Source: Auanema rhodensis
Lineage: Eukaryota; Animalia; Nematoda
DNA length: 64,000 nt
Direction of reading: 5' to 3'
Assembly (NCBI GenBank): GCA_964057225.1
Contig: OZ059900.1
Location: forward strand, 21,948,001-22,012,000
Position numbers and translations under genes: made by a program. Positions 25,901-38,729 of the stretch are shown piece after piece (position 1 is the stretch's first letter; every line of letters begins with the position of its first letter). A model generated the notes under the pieces. It searched no databases and was not told where the DNA came from. It worked only from the letters and a program-made list of their open reading frames with translations.

Positions 25901-28900
25901 TCAGCATGTAAAATGCTTCATATTAGTATGTAACACGCTGAAATTCGTTGCATTTGACGACTCATATGAACAAAAATCGATTTAATCAATATTAGCCATA
26001 AGGGGCGTGCCCTCAGAATATGCTAATTTCCTTAATTTTCTAACCCCTGTTTTTTTGTCGTGAAAGTGGAACTAGACGTTGTACGAACAATTTTGAGCTA
26101 AGTTTCATTGACATTGCATGAGTTTGAACACATGAAATCGTAAGTCAAAACCTTGTTTACAGCGAAATTTCCAAAAACTGGTTTTCCAGCATAATAAAAT
26201 ATTTCTCATGGGAAATACTGTGTTTTTGTTTTTTTCTAGTGTTCAGCATGTAAAATGCTTCATTTTAGTATGTAACACGCTGAAATTCGTTGCATTTGAC
26301 GACTCATATGAACAAAAATCGATTTAATCAATATTAGCCATAAGGGGCGTGCCCTCAGAATATGCTAATTTCCTTAATTTTCTAACCCTTGTTTTTTTGT
26401 CGTGAAAGTGGAACTAGACGTTGTACGAACAATTTTGAGCTAGGTTTCATTGACATTGCATGAGTTTGAACACATGAAATCGTAAGTCAAAACCTTGTTT
26501 ACAGCGAAATTTCCAAAAACTGGTTTTCCAGCATAATAAAATATTTCTCATGGGAAATACTGTGTTTTTGTATTTTACTAGTGTTCAGCATGTAAAATGC
26601 TTCATTTTAGTATGTAACACGCTGAAATTCGTTGCATTTGACGACTCATATGAACAAAAATCGATTTAATCAATATTAGCCATAAGGGGCGTGCCCTCAG
26701 AATATGCTAATTTCCTTAATTTTCTAACCCCTGTTTTTTTGTCGTGAAAGTGGAACTAGACGTTGTACGAACAATTTTGAGCTAGGTTTCATTGACATTG
26801 CATGAGTTTGAACACATGAAATCGTAAGTCAAAACCTTGTTTACAGCGAAATTTCCAAAAACTGGTTTTCCAGCATAATAAAATATTTCTCATGGGAAAT
26901 ACTGTGTTTTTGTATTTTTCTAGTGTTCAGCATGTAAAATGCTTCATTTTAGTATGTAACACGCTGAAATTCGTTGCATTTGACGACTCATATGAACAAA
27001 AATCGATTTAATCAATATTAGCCATAAGGGGCGTGCCCTCAGAATATGCTAATTTCCTTAATTTTCTAACCTCTGTTTTTTTGTCGTGAAAGTGGAACTA
27101 AACGTTGTACGAACAATTTTGAGCTAGGTTTCATTGACATTGCATGAGTTTGAACACATGAAATCGTAAGTCAAAACCTTGTTTACAGCGAAATTTCCAA
27201 AAACTGGTTTTCCAGCATAATAAAATATTTCTCATGGGAAATACTGTGTTTTTGTATTTTTCTAGTGTTCAGCATGTAAAATGCTTCATATTAGTATGTA
27301 ACACGCTGAAATTCGTTGCATTTGACGACTCATATGAACAAAAATCGATTTAATCAATATTAGCCATAAGGGGCGTGCCCTCAGAATATGCTAATTTCCT
27401 TAATTTTCTAACCCCTGTTTTTTTGTCGTGAAAGTGGAACTAGACGTTGTACGAACAATTTTGAGCTAGGTTTCATTGACATTGCATGAGTTTGAACACA
27501 TGAAATCGTAAGTCAAAACCTTGTTTACAGCGAAATTTCCAAAAACTGGTTTTCCAGCATAATAAAATATTTCTCATGGGAAATACTGTGTTTTTGTATT
27601 TTACTAGTGTTCAGCATGTAAAATGCTTCATTTTAGTATGTAACACGCTGAAATTCGTTGCATTTGACGACTCATATGAACAAAAATCGATTTAATCAAT
27701 ATTAGCCATAAGGGGCGTGCCCTCAGAATATGCTAATTTCCTTAATTTTCTAACCCCTGTTTTTTTGTCGTGAAAGTGGAACTAGACGTTGTACGAACAA
27801 TTTTGAGCTAAGTTTCATTGACATTGCATGAGTTTGAACACATGAAATCGTAAGTCAAAACCTTGTTTACAGCGAAATTTCCAAAAACTGGTTTTCCAGC
27901 ATAATAAAATATTTCTCATGGGAAATACTGTGTTTTTGTTTTTTTCTAGTGTTCAGCATGTAAAATGCTTCATTTTAGTATGTAACACGCTGAAATTCGT
28001 TGCATTTGACGAATCATATGAACAAAAATCGATTTAATCAATATTAGCCATAAGGGGCGTGCCCTCAGAATATGCTAATTTCCTTAATTTTCTAACCCCT
28101 GTTTTTTTGTCGTGAAAGTGGAACTAGACGTTGTACGAACAATTTTGAGCTAGGTTTCATTGACATTGCATGAGTTTGAACACATGAAATCGTAAGTCAA
28201 AACCTTGTTTACAGCGAAATTTCCAAAAACTGGTTTTCCAGCATAATAAAATATTTCTCATGGGAAATACTGTGTTTTTGTATTTTACTAGTGTTCAGCA
28301 TGTAAAATGCTTCATTTTAGTATGTAACACGCTGAAATTCGTTGCATTTGACGACTCATATGAACAAAAATCGATTTAATCAATATTAGCCATAAGGGGC
28401 GTGCCCTCAGAATATGCTAATTTCCTTAATTTTCTAACCCCTGTTTTTTTGTCGTGAAAGTGGAACTAAACGTTGTACGAACAATTTTGAGCTAGGTTTC
28501 ATTGACATTGCATGAGTTTGAACACATGAAATCGTAAGTCAAAACCTTGTTTACAGCGAAATTTCCAAAAACTGGTTTTCCAGCATAATAAAATATTTCT
28601 CATGAGAAATACTGTGTTTTTGTATTTTTCTAGTGTTCAGCATGTAAAATGCTTCATTTTAGTATGTAACACGCTGAAATTCGTTGCATTTGACGACTCA
28701 TATGAACAAAAATCGATTTAATCAATATTAGCCATAAGGGGCGTGCCCTCAGAATATGCTAATTTCCTTAATTTTCTAACCCCTGTTTTTTTGTCGTGAA
28801 AGTGGAACTAGACGTTGTACGAACAATTTTGAGCTAGGTTTCATTGACATTGCATGAGTTTGAACACATGAAATCGTAAGTCAAAACCTTGTTTACAGCG

Positions 28901-31900
28901 AAATTTCCAAAAACTGGTTTTCCAGCATAATAAAATATTTCTCATGGGAAATACTGTGTTTTTGTATTTTTCTAGTGTTCAGCATGTAAAATGCTTCATT
29001 TTAGTATGTAACACGCTGAAATTCGTTGCATTTGACGACTCATATGAACAAAAATCGATTTAATCAATATTAGCCATAAGGGGCGTGCCCTCAGAATATG
29101 CTAATTTCCTTAATTTTCTAACCCCTGTTTTTTTGTCGTGAAAGTGGAACTAGACGTTGTACGAACAATTTTGAGCTAGGTTTCATTGACATTGCATGAG
29201 TTTGAACACATGAAATCGTAAGTCAAAACCTTGTTTACAGCGAAATTTCCAAAAACTGGTTTTCCAGCATAATAAAATATTTCTCATGGGAAATACTGTG
29301 TTTTTGTATTTTTCTAGTGTTCAGCATGTAAAATGCTTCATTTTAGTATGTAACACGCTGAAATTCGTTGCATTCGACGACTCATATGAACAAAAATCGA
29401 TTTAATCAATATTAGCCATAAGGGGCGTGCCCTCAGAATATGCTAATTTCCTTAATTTTCTAACCCCTGTTTTTTTGTCGTGAAAGTGGAACTACACGTT
29501 GTACGAACAATTTTGAGCTAGGTTTCATTGACATTGCATGAGTTTGAACACATGAAATCGTAAGTCAAAACCTTGTTTACAGCGAAATTTCCAAAAACTG
29601 GTTTTCCAGCATAATAAAATATTTCTCATGGGAAATACTGTGTTTTCGTAATTTTCTAGTGTTCAGCATGTAAAATGCTTCATTTTAGTATGTAACACGC
29701 TGAAATTCGTTGCATTTGACGAATCATATGAACAAAAATCGATTTAATCAATATTAGCCATAAGGGGCGTGCCCTCAGAATATGCTAATTTCCTTAATTT
29801 TCTAACCCCTGTTTTTTTGTCGTGAAAGTGGAACTAGACGTTGTACGAACAATTTTGAGCTAGGTTTCATTGACATTGCATGAGTTTGAACACATGAAAT
29901 CGTAAGTCAAAACCTTGTTTACAGCGAAATTTCCAAAAACTGGTTTTCCAGCATAATAAAATATTTCTCATGGGAAATACTGTGTTTTTGTATTTTACTA
30001 GTGTTCAGCATGTAAAATGCTTCATTTTAGTATGTAACACGCTGAAATTCGTTGCATTTGACGACTCATATGAACAAAAATCGATTTAATCAATATTAGC
30101 CATAAGGGGCGTGCCCTCAGAATATGCTAATTTCCTTAATTTTCTAACCCCTGTTTTTTTGTCGTGAAAGTGGAACTAGACGTTGTACGAACAATTTTGA
30201 GCTAGGTTTCATTGACATTGCATGAGTTTGAACACATGAAATCGTAAGTCAAAACCTTGTTTACAGCGAAATTTCCAAAAACTGGTTTTCCAGCATAATA
30301 AAATATTTCTCATGGGAAATACTGTGTTTTTGTATTTTTCTAGTGTTCAGCATGTAAAATGCTTCATTTTAGTATGTAACACGCTGAAATTCGTTGCATT
30401 TGACGACTCATATGAACAAAAATCGATTTAATCAATATTAGCCATAAGGGGCGTGCCCTCAGAATATGCTAATTTCCTTAATTTTCTAACCCCTGTTTTT
30501 TTGTCGTGAAAGTGGAACTAGACGTTGTACGAACAATTTTGAGCTAGGTTTCATTGACATTGCATGAGTTTGAACACATGAAATCGTAAGTCAAAACCTT
30601 GTTTACAGCGAAATTTCCAAAAACTGGTTTTCCAGCATAATAAAATATTTCTCATGGGAAATACTGTGTTTTTGTATTTTTCTAGTGTTCAGCATGTAAA
30701 ATGCTTCATTTTAGTATGTAACACGCTGAAATTCGTTGCATTCGACGACTCATATGAACAAAAATCGATTTAATCAATATTAGCCATAAGGGGCGTGCCC
30801 TCAGAATATGCTAATTTCCTTAATTTTCTAACCCCTGTTTTTTTGTCGTGAAAGTGGAACTACACGTTGTACGAACAATTTTGAGCTAGGTTTCATTGAC
30901 ATTGCATGAGTTTGAACACATGAAATCGTAAGTCAAAACCTTGTTTACAGCGAAATTTCCAAAAACTGGTTTTCCAGCATAATAAAATATTTCTCATGGG
31001 AAATACTGTGTTTTCGTATTTTTCTAGTGTTCAGCATGTAAAATGCTTCATTTTAGTATGTAACACGCTGAAATTCGTTGCATTTGACGACTCATATGAA
31101 CAAAAATCGATTTAATCAATATTAGCCATAAGGGGCGTGCCCTCAGAATATGCTAATTTCCTTAATTTTCTAACCCCTGTTTTTTTGTCGTGAAAGTGGA
31201 ACTAGACGTTGTACGAACAATTTTGAGCTAGGTTTCATTGACATTGCATGAGTTTGAACACATGAAATCGTAAGTCAAAACCTTGTTTACAGCGAAATTT
31301 CCAAAAACTGGTTTTCCAGCATAATAAAATATTTCTCATGGGAAATACTGTGTTTTTGTATTTTTCTAGTGTTCAGCATGTAAAATGCTTCATTTTAGTA
31401 TGTAACACGCTGAAATTCGTTGCATTCGACGACTCATATGAACAAAAATCGATTTAATCAATATTAGCCATAAGGGGCGTGCCCTCAGAATATGCTAATT
31501 TCCTTAATTTTCTAACCCCTGTTTTTTTGTCGTGAAAGTGGAACTACACGTTGTACGAACAATTTTGAGCTAGGTTTCATTGACATTGCATGAGTTTGAA
31601 CACATGAAATCGTAAGTCAAAACCTTGTTTACAGCGAAATTTCCAAAAACTGGTTTTCCAGCATAATAAAATATTTCTCATGAGAAATACTGTGTTTTCG
31701 TATTTTTCTAGTGTTCAGCATGTAAAATGCTTCATTTTAGTATGTAACACGCTGAAATTCGTTGCATTTGACGACTCATATGAACAAAAATCGATTTAAT
31801 CAATATTAGCCATAAGGGGCGTGCCCTCAGAATATGCTAATTTCCTTAATTTTCTAACCCCTGTTTTTTTGTCGTGAAAGTGGAACTAGACGTTGTACGA

Positions 31901-33299
31901 ACAATTTTGAGCTAGGTTTCATTGACATTGCATGAGTTTGAACACATGAAATCGTAAGTCAAAACCTTGTTTACAGCGAAATTTCCAAAAACTGGTTTTC
32001 CAGCATAATAAAATATTTCTCATGGGAAATACTGTGTTTTTGTATTTTACTAGTGTTCAGCATGTAAAATGCTTCATTTTAGTATGTAACACGCTGAAAT
32101 TCGTTGCATTTGACGACTCATATGAACAAAAATCGATTTAATCAATATTAGCCATAAGGGGCGTGCCCTCAGAATATGCTAATTTCCTTCATTTTCTAAC
32201 CCCTGTTTTTTTGTCGTGAAAGTGGAACTAGACGTTGTACGAACAATTTTGAGCTAGGTTTCATTGACATTGCATGAGTTTGAACACATGAAATCGTAAG
32301 TCAAAACCTTGTTTACAGCGAAATTTCCAAAAACTGGTTTTCCAGCATAATAAAATATTTCTCATGGGAAATACTGTGTTTTTGTATTTTTCTAGTGTTC
32401 AGCATGTAAAATGCTTCATTTTAGTATGTAACACGCTGAAATTCGTTGCATTTGACGACTCATATGAACAAAAATCGATTTAATCAATATTAGCCATAAG
32501 GGGCGTGCCCTCAGAATATGCTAATTTCCTTAATTTTCTAACCCCTGTTTTTTTTGTCGTGAAAGTGGAACTAGACGTTGTACGAATAATTTTGAGCTAG
32601 GTTTCATTGACATTGCATGAGTTTGAACACATGAAATCGTAAGTCAAAACCTTGTTTACAGCGAAATTTCCAAAAACTGGTTTTCCAGCATAATAAAATA
32701 TTTCTCATGGGAAATACTGTGTTTTTGTATTTTTCTAGTGTTCAGCATGTAAAATGCTTCATTTTAGTATGTAACACGCTGAAATTCGTTGCATTCGACG
32801 ACTCATATGAACAAAAATCGATTTAATCAATATTAGCCATAAGGGGCGTGCCCTCAGAATATGCTAATTTCCTTAATTTTCTAACCCCTGTTTTTTTGTC
32901 GTGAAAGTGGAACTACACGTTGTACGAACAATTTTGAGCTAGGTTTCATTGACATTGCATGAGTTTGAACACATGAAATCGTAAGTCAAAACCTTGTTTA
33001 CAGCGAAATTTCCAAAAACTGGTTTTCCAGCATAATAAAATATTTCTCATGGGAAATACTGTGTTTTCGTATTTTTCTAGTGTTCAGCATGTAAAATGCT
33101 TCATTTTAGTATGTAACACGCTGAAATTCGTTGCATTTGACGACTCATATGAACAAAAATCGATTTAATCAATATTAGCCATAAGGGGCGTGCCCTCAGA
33201 ATATGCTAATTTCCTTAATTTTCTAACCCCTGTTTTTTTGTCGTGAAAGTGGAACTAGACGTTGTACGAACAATTTTGAGCTAGGTTTCATTGACATTG

Positions 33300-36200
33300 C
33301 ATGAGTTTGAACACATGAAATCGTAAGTCAAAACCTTGTTTACAGCGAAATTTCCAAAAACTGGTTTTCCAGCATAATAAAATATTTCTCATGAGAAATA
33401 CTGTGTTTTTGTATTTTTCTAGTGTTCAGCATGTAAAATGCTTCATTTTAGTATGTAACACGCTGAAATTCGTTGCATTTGACGACTCATATGAACAAAA
33501 ATCGATTTAATCAATATTAGCCATAAGGGGCGTGCCCTCAGAATATGCTAATTTCCTTAATTTTCTAACCCCTGTTTTTTTGTCGTGAAAGTGGAACTAG
33601 ACGTTGTACAAACAATTTTGAGCTAGGTTTCATAGACATTGCATGAGTTTGAACACATGAAATCGTAAGTCAAAACCTTGTTTACAGAGAAATTTCCAAA
33701 AACTGGTTTTCCAGCATAATAAAATATTTCTCATGAGAAATACTGTGTTTTTGTATTTTTCTAGTGTTCAGCATGTAAAATGCTTCATTTTAGTATGTAA
33801 CACGCTGAAATTCGTTGCATTTGACGACTCATATGAACAAAAATCGATTTAATCAATATTAGCCATAAGGGGCGTGCCCTCAGAATATGCTAATTTCCTT
33901 AATTTTCTAACCCCTGTTTTTTTGTCGTGAAAGTGGAACTAGACGTTGTACGAACATTTTTGAGCTAGGTTTCATTGACATTGCATGAGTTTGAACACAT
34001 GAAATCGTAAGTCAAAACCTTGTTTACAGCGAAATTTCCAAAAACTGGTTTTCCAGCATAATAAAATATTTCTCATGGGAAATACTGTGTTTTTGTATTT
34101 CTCTAGTGTTCAGCATGTAAAATGCTTCATTTTAGTATGTAACACGCTGAAATTCGTTGCATTTGACGACTCATATGAACAAAAATCGATTTAATCAATA
34201 TTAGCCATAAGGGGCGTGCCCTCAGAATATGCTAATTTCCTTAATTTTCTAACCCCTGTTTTTTTGTCGTGAAAGTGGAACTAGACGTTGTACGAACAAT
34301 TTTGAGCTACGTTTCATTGACATTGCATGAGTTTGAACACATGAAATCGTAAGTCAAAACCTTGTTTACAGCGAAATTTCCAAAAACTGGTTTTCCAGCA
34401 TAATAAAATATTTCTCATGGGAAATACTGTGTTTTTGTATTTTTCTAGTGTTCAGCATGTAAAATGCTTCATATTAGTATGTAACACGCTGAAATTCGTT
34501 GCATTTGACGACTCATATGAACAAAAATCGATTTAATCAATATTAGCCATAAGGGGCGTGCCCTCAGAATATGCTAATTTCCTTAATTTTCTAGCCCCTG
34601 TTTTTTTGTCGTGAAAGTGGAACTAGACGTTGTACGAACAATTTTGAGCTAAGTTTCATTGACATTGCATGAGTTTGAACACATGAAATCGTAAGTCAAA
34701 ACCTTGTTTACAGCGAAATTTCCAAAAACTGGTTTTCCAGCATAATAAAATATTTCTCATGGGAAATACTGTGTTTTTGTATTTTTCTAGTGTTCAGCAT
34801 GTAAAATGCTTCATTTTAGTATGTAACACGCTGAAATTCGTTGCATTCGACGACTCATATGAACAAAAATCGATTTAATCAATATTAGCCATAAGGGGCG
34901 TGCCCTCAGAATATGCTAATTTCCTTAATTTTCTAACCCCTGTTTTTTTGTCGTGAAAGTGGAACTAGACGTTGTACGAACAATTTTGAGCTAGGTTTCA
35001 TTGACATTGCATGAGTTTGAACACATGAAATCGTAAGTCAAAACCTTGTTTACAGCGAAATTTCCAAAAACTGGTTTTCCAGCATAATAAAATATTTCTC
35101 ATGGGAAATACTGTGTTTTTGTATTTTTCTAGTGTTCAGCATGTAAAATGCTTCATTTTAGTATGTAACACGCTGAAATTCGTTGCATTTGACGACTCAT
35201 ATGAACAAAAATCGATTTAATCAATATTAGCCATAAGGGGTGTGCCCTCAGAATATGCTAATTTCCTTAATTTTCTAACCCCTGTTTTTTTGTCGTGAAA
35301 GTGGAACTAGACGTTGTACGAACAATTTTGAGCTAGGTTTCATTGACATTGCATGAGTTTGAACACATGAAATCGTAAGTCAAAACCTTGTTTACAGCGA
35401 AATTTCCAAAAACTGGTTTTCCAGCATAATAAAATATTTCTCATGGGAAATACTGTGTTTTTGTATTTTTCTAGTGTTCAGCATGTAAAATGCTTCATTT
35501 TAGTATGTAACACGCTGAAATTCGTTGCATTCGACGACTCATATGAACAAAAATCGATTTAATCAATATTAGCCATAAGGGGCGTGCCCTCAGAATATGC
35601 TAATTTCCTTAATTTTCTAACCCTTGTTTTTTTGTCGTGAAAGTGGAACTAGACGTTGTACGAACAATTTTGAGCTAGGTTTCATTGACATTGCATGAGT
35701 TTGAACACATGAAATCGTAAGTCAAAACCTTGTTTACAGCGAAATTTCCAAAAACTGGTTTTCCAGCATAATAAAATATTTCTCATGGGAAATACTGTGT
35801 TTTTGTATTTTTCTAGTGTTCAGCATGTAAAATGCTTCATTTTAGTATGTAACACGCTGAAATTCGTTGCATTTGACGACTCATATGAACAAAAATCGAT
35901 TTAATCAATATTAGCCATAAGGGGCGTGCCCTCAGAATATGCTAATTTCCTTAATTTTCTAACCCCTGTTTTTTTGTCGTGAAAGTGGAACTAGACGTTG
36001 TACGAACAATTTTGAGCTAGGTTTCATTGACATTGCATGAGTTTGAACACATGAAATCGTAAGTCAAAACCTTGTTTACAGCGAAATTTCCAAAAACTGG
36101 TTTTCCAGCATAATAAAATATTTCTCATGAGAAATACTGTGTTTTTGTATTTTTCTAGTGTTCAGCATGTAAAATGCTTCATTTTAGTATGTAACACGCT

Positions 36201-38150
36201 GAAATTCGTTGCATTTGACGACTCATATGAACAAAAATCGATTTAATCAATATTAGCCATAAGGGGCGTGCCCTCAGAATATGCTAATTTCCTTAATTTT
36301 CTAACCCCTGTTTTTTTGTCGTGAAAGTGGAACTAGACGTTGTACAAACAATTTTGAGCTAGGTTTCATAGACATTGCATGAGTTTGAACACATGAAATC
36401 GTAAGTCAAAACCTTGTTTACAGAGAAATTTCCAAAAACTGGTTTTCCAGCATAATAAAATATTTCTCATGAGAAATACTGTGTTTTTGTATTTTTCTAG
36501 TGTTCAGCATGTAAAATGCTTCATTTTAGTATGTAACACGCTGAAATTCGTTGCATTTGACGACTCATATGAACAAAAATCGATTTAATCAATATTAGCC
36601 ATAAGGGGCGTGCCCTCAGAATATGCTAATTTCCTTAATTTTCTAACCCCTGTTTTTTTGTCGTGAAAGTGGAACTAGACGTTGTACGAACATTTTTGAG
36701 CTAGGTTTCATTGACATTGCATGAGTTTGAACACATGAAATCGTAAGTCAAAACCTTGTTTACAGCGAAATTTCCAAAAACTGGTTTTCCAGCATAATAA
36801 AATATTTCTCATGGGAAATACTGTGTTTTCGTATTTTTCTAGTGTTCAGCATGTAAAATGCTTCATTTTAGTATGTAACACGCTGAAATTCGTTGCATTT
36901 GACGAATCATATGAACAAAAATCGATTTAATCAATATTAGCCATAAGGGGCGTGCCCTCAGAATATGCTAATTTCCTTAATTTTCTAACCCCTGTTTTTT
37001 TGTCGTGAAAGTGGAACTAGACGTTGTACGAACAATTTTGAGCTACGTTTCATTGACATTGCATGAGTTTGAACACATGAAATCGTAAGTCAAAACCTTG
37101 TTTACAGCGAAATTTCCAAAAACTGGTTTTCCAGCATAATAAAATATTTCTCATGGGAAATACTGTGTTTTTGTATTTTTCTAGTGTTCAGCATGTAAAA
37201 TGCTTCATATTAGTATGTAACACGCTGAAATTCGTTGCATTTGACGACTCATATGAACAAAAATCGATTTAATCAATATTAGCCATAAGGGGCGTGCCCT
37301 CAGAATATGCTAATTTCCTTAATTTTCTAGCCCCTGTTTTTTTGTCGTGAAAGTGGAACTAGACGTTGTACGAACAATTTTGAGCTAAGTTTCATTGACA
37401 TTGCATGAGTTTGAACACATGAAATCGTAAGTCAAAACCTTGTTTACAGCGAAATTTCCAAAAACTGGTTTTCCAGCATAATAAAATATTTCTCATGGGA
37501 AATACTGTGTTTTCGTATTTTCCTAGTGTTCAGCATGTAAAATGCTTCATTTTAGTATGTAACACGCTGAAATTCGTTGCATTCGACGACTCATATGAAC
37601 AAAAATCGATTTAATCAATATTAGCCATAAGGGGCGTGCCCTCAGAATATGCTAATTTCCTTAATTTTCTAACCCCTGTTTTTTTGTCGTGAAAGTGGAA
37701 CTAGACGTTGTACGAACAATTTTGAGCTAGGTTTCATTGACATTGCATGAGTTTGAACACATGAAATCGTAAGTCAAAACCTTGTTTACAGCGAAATTTC
37801 CAAAAACTGGTTTTCCAGCATAATAAAATATTTCTCATGGGAAATACTGTGTTTTTGTATTTTTCTAGTGTTCAGCATGTAAAATGCTTCATTTTAGTAT
37901 GTAACACGCTGAAATTCGTTGCATTTGACGACTCATATGAACAAAAATCGATTTAATCAATATTAGCCATAAGGGGTGTGCCCTCAGAATATGCTAATTT
38001 CCTTAATTTTCTAACCCCTGTTTTTTTGTCGTGAAAGTGGAACTAGACGTTGTACGAACAATTTTGAGCTAGGTTTCATTGACATTGCATGAGTTTGAAC
38101 ACATGAAATCGTAAGTCAAAACCTTGTTTACAGCGAAATTTCCAAAAACT
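33300..38150. repeat. 8-monomer (2736-bp) tandem duplication, boundaries approximate
   Basis: Rare variants pair at offset 2736: 33394/36130, 33736/36472, 34310/37046, 34594/37330, 35241/37977. Confidence 0.88.
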
Positions 38151-38529
38151 GGTTTTCCAGCATAATAAAATATTTCTCATGGGAAATACTGTGTTTTTGT
38201 ATTTTTCTAGTGTTCAGCATGTAAAATGCTTCATATTAGTATGTAACACGCTGAAATTCGTTGCATTTGACGACTCATATGAACAAAAATCGATTTAATC
38301 AATATTAGCCATAAGGGGCGTGCCCTCAGAATATGCTAATTTCCTTAATTTTCTAACCCCTGTTTTTTTGTCGTGAAAGTGGAACTAGACGTTGTACGAA
38401 CAATTTTGAGCTAAGTTTCATTGACATTGCATGAGTTTGAACACATGAAATCGTAAGTCAAAACCTTGTTTACAGCGAAATTTCCAAAAACTGGTTTTCC
38501 AGCATAATAAAATATTTCTGATGGGAAAT

Positions 38530-38729
38530 NNNNNNNNNNNNNNNNNNNNNNNNNNNNNNNNNNNNNNNNNNNNNNNNNNNNNNNNNNNNNNNNNNNNNNN
38601 NNNNNNNNNNNNNNNNNNNNNNNNNNNNNNNNNNNNNNNNNNNNNNNNNNNNNNNNNNNNNNNNNNNNNNNNNNNNNNNNNNNNNNNNNNNNNNNNNNNN
38701 NNNNNNNNNNNNNNNNNNNNNNNNNNNNN
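38530..38729. other. Assembly/scaffold gap (200 N, placeholder length)
   Basis: Exactly 200 Ns. TACAGCG at 38471 and 38731 are 260 bp apart, which is not a multiple of 342, so 200 is not the true length if the array is regular across the gap. Confidence 0.98.

Larger units (their letters stand above)
1..38529. repeat. Tandem satellite DNA array, 342-bp monomer (left contig, ~111 full monomers + four 149-bp partial units)
   Basis: The landmark CATAAGGGGCGTGCCCTCAG occurs at 241 and 583 (period 342) and recurs in phase throughout, apart from the 149-bp units and 1-bp indels. A reference monomer is 241-582. The array runs off the left edge of the window. Confidence 0.99.

Noticed and set aside
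38520-38520. Unique TTCTGATG allele
   Set aside because: It is a singleton 10 bp from a contig end and is probably a low-coverage base error.
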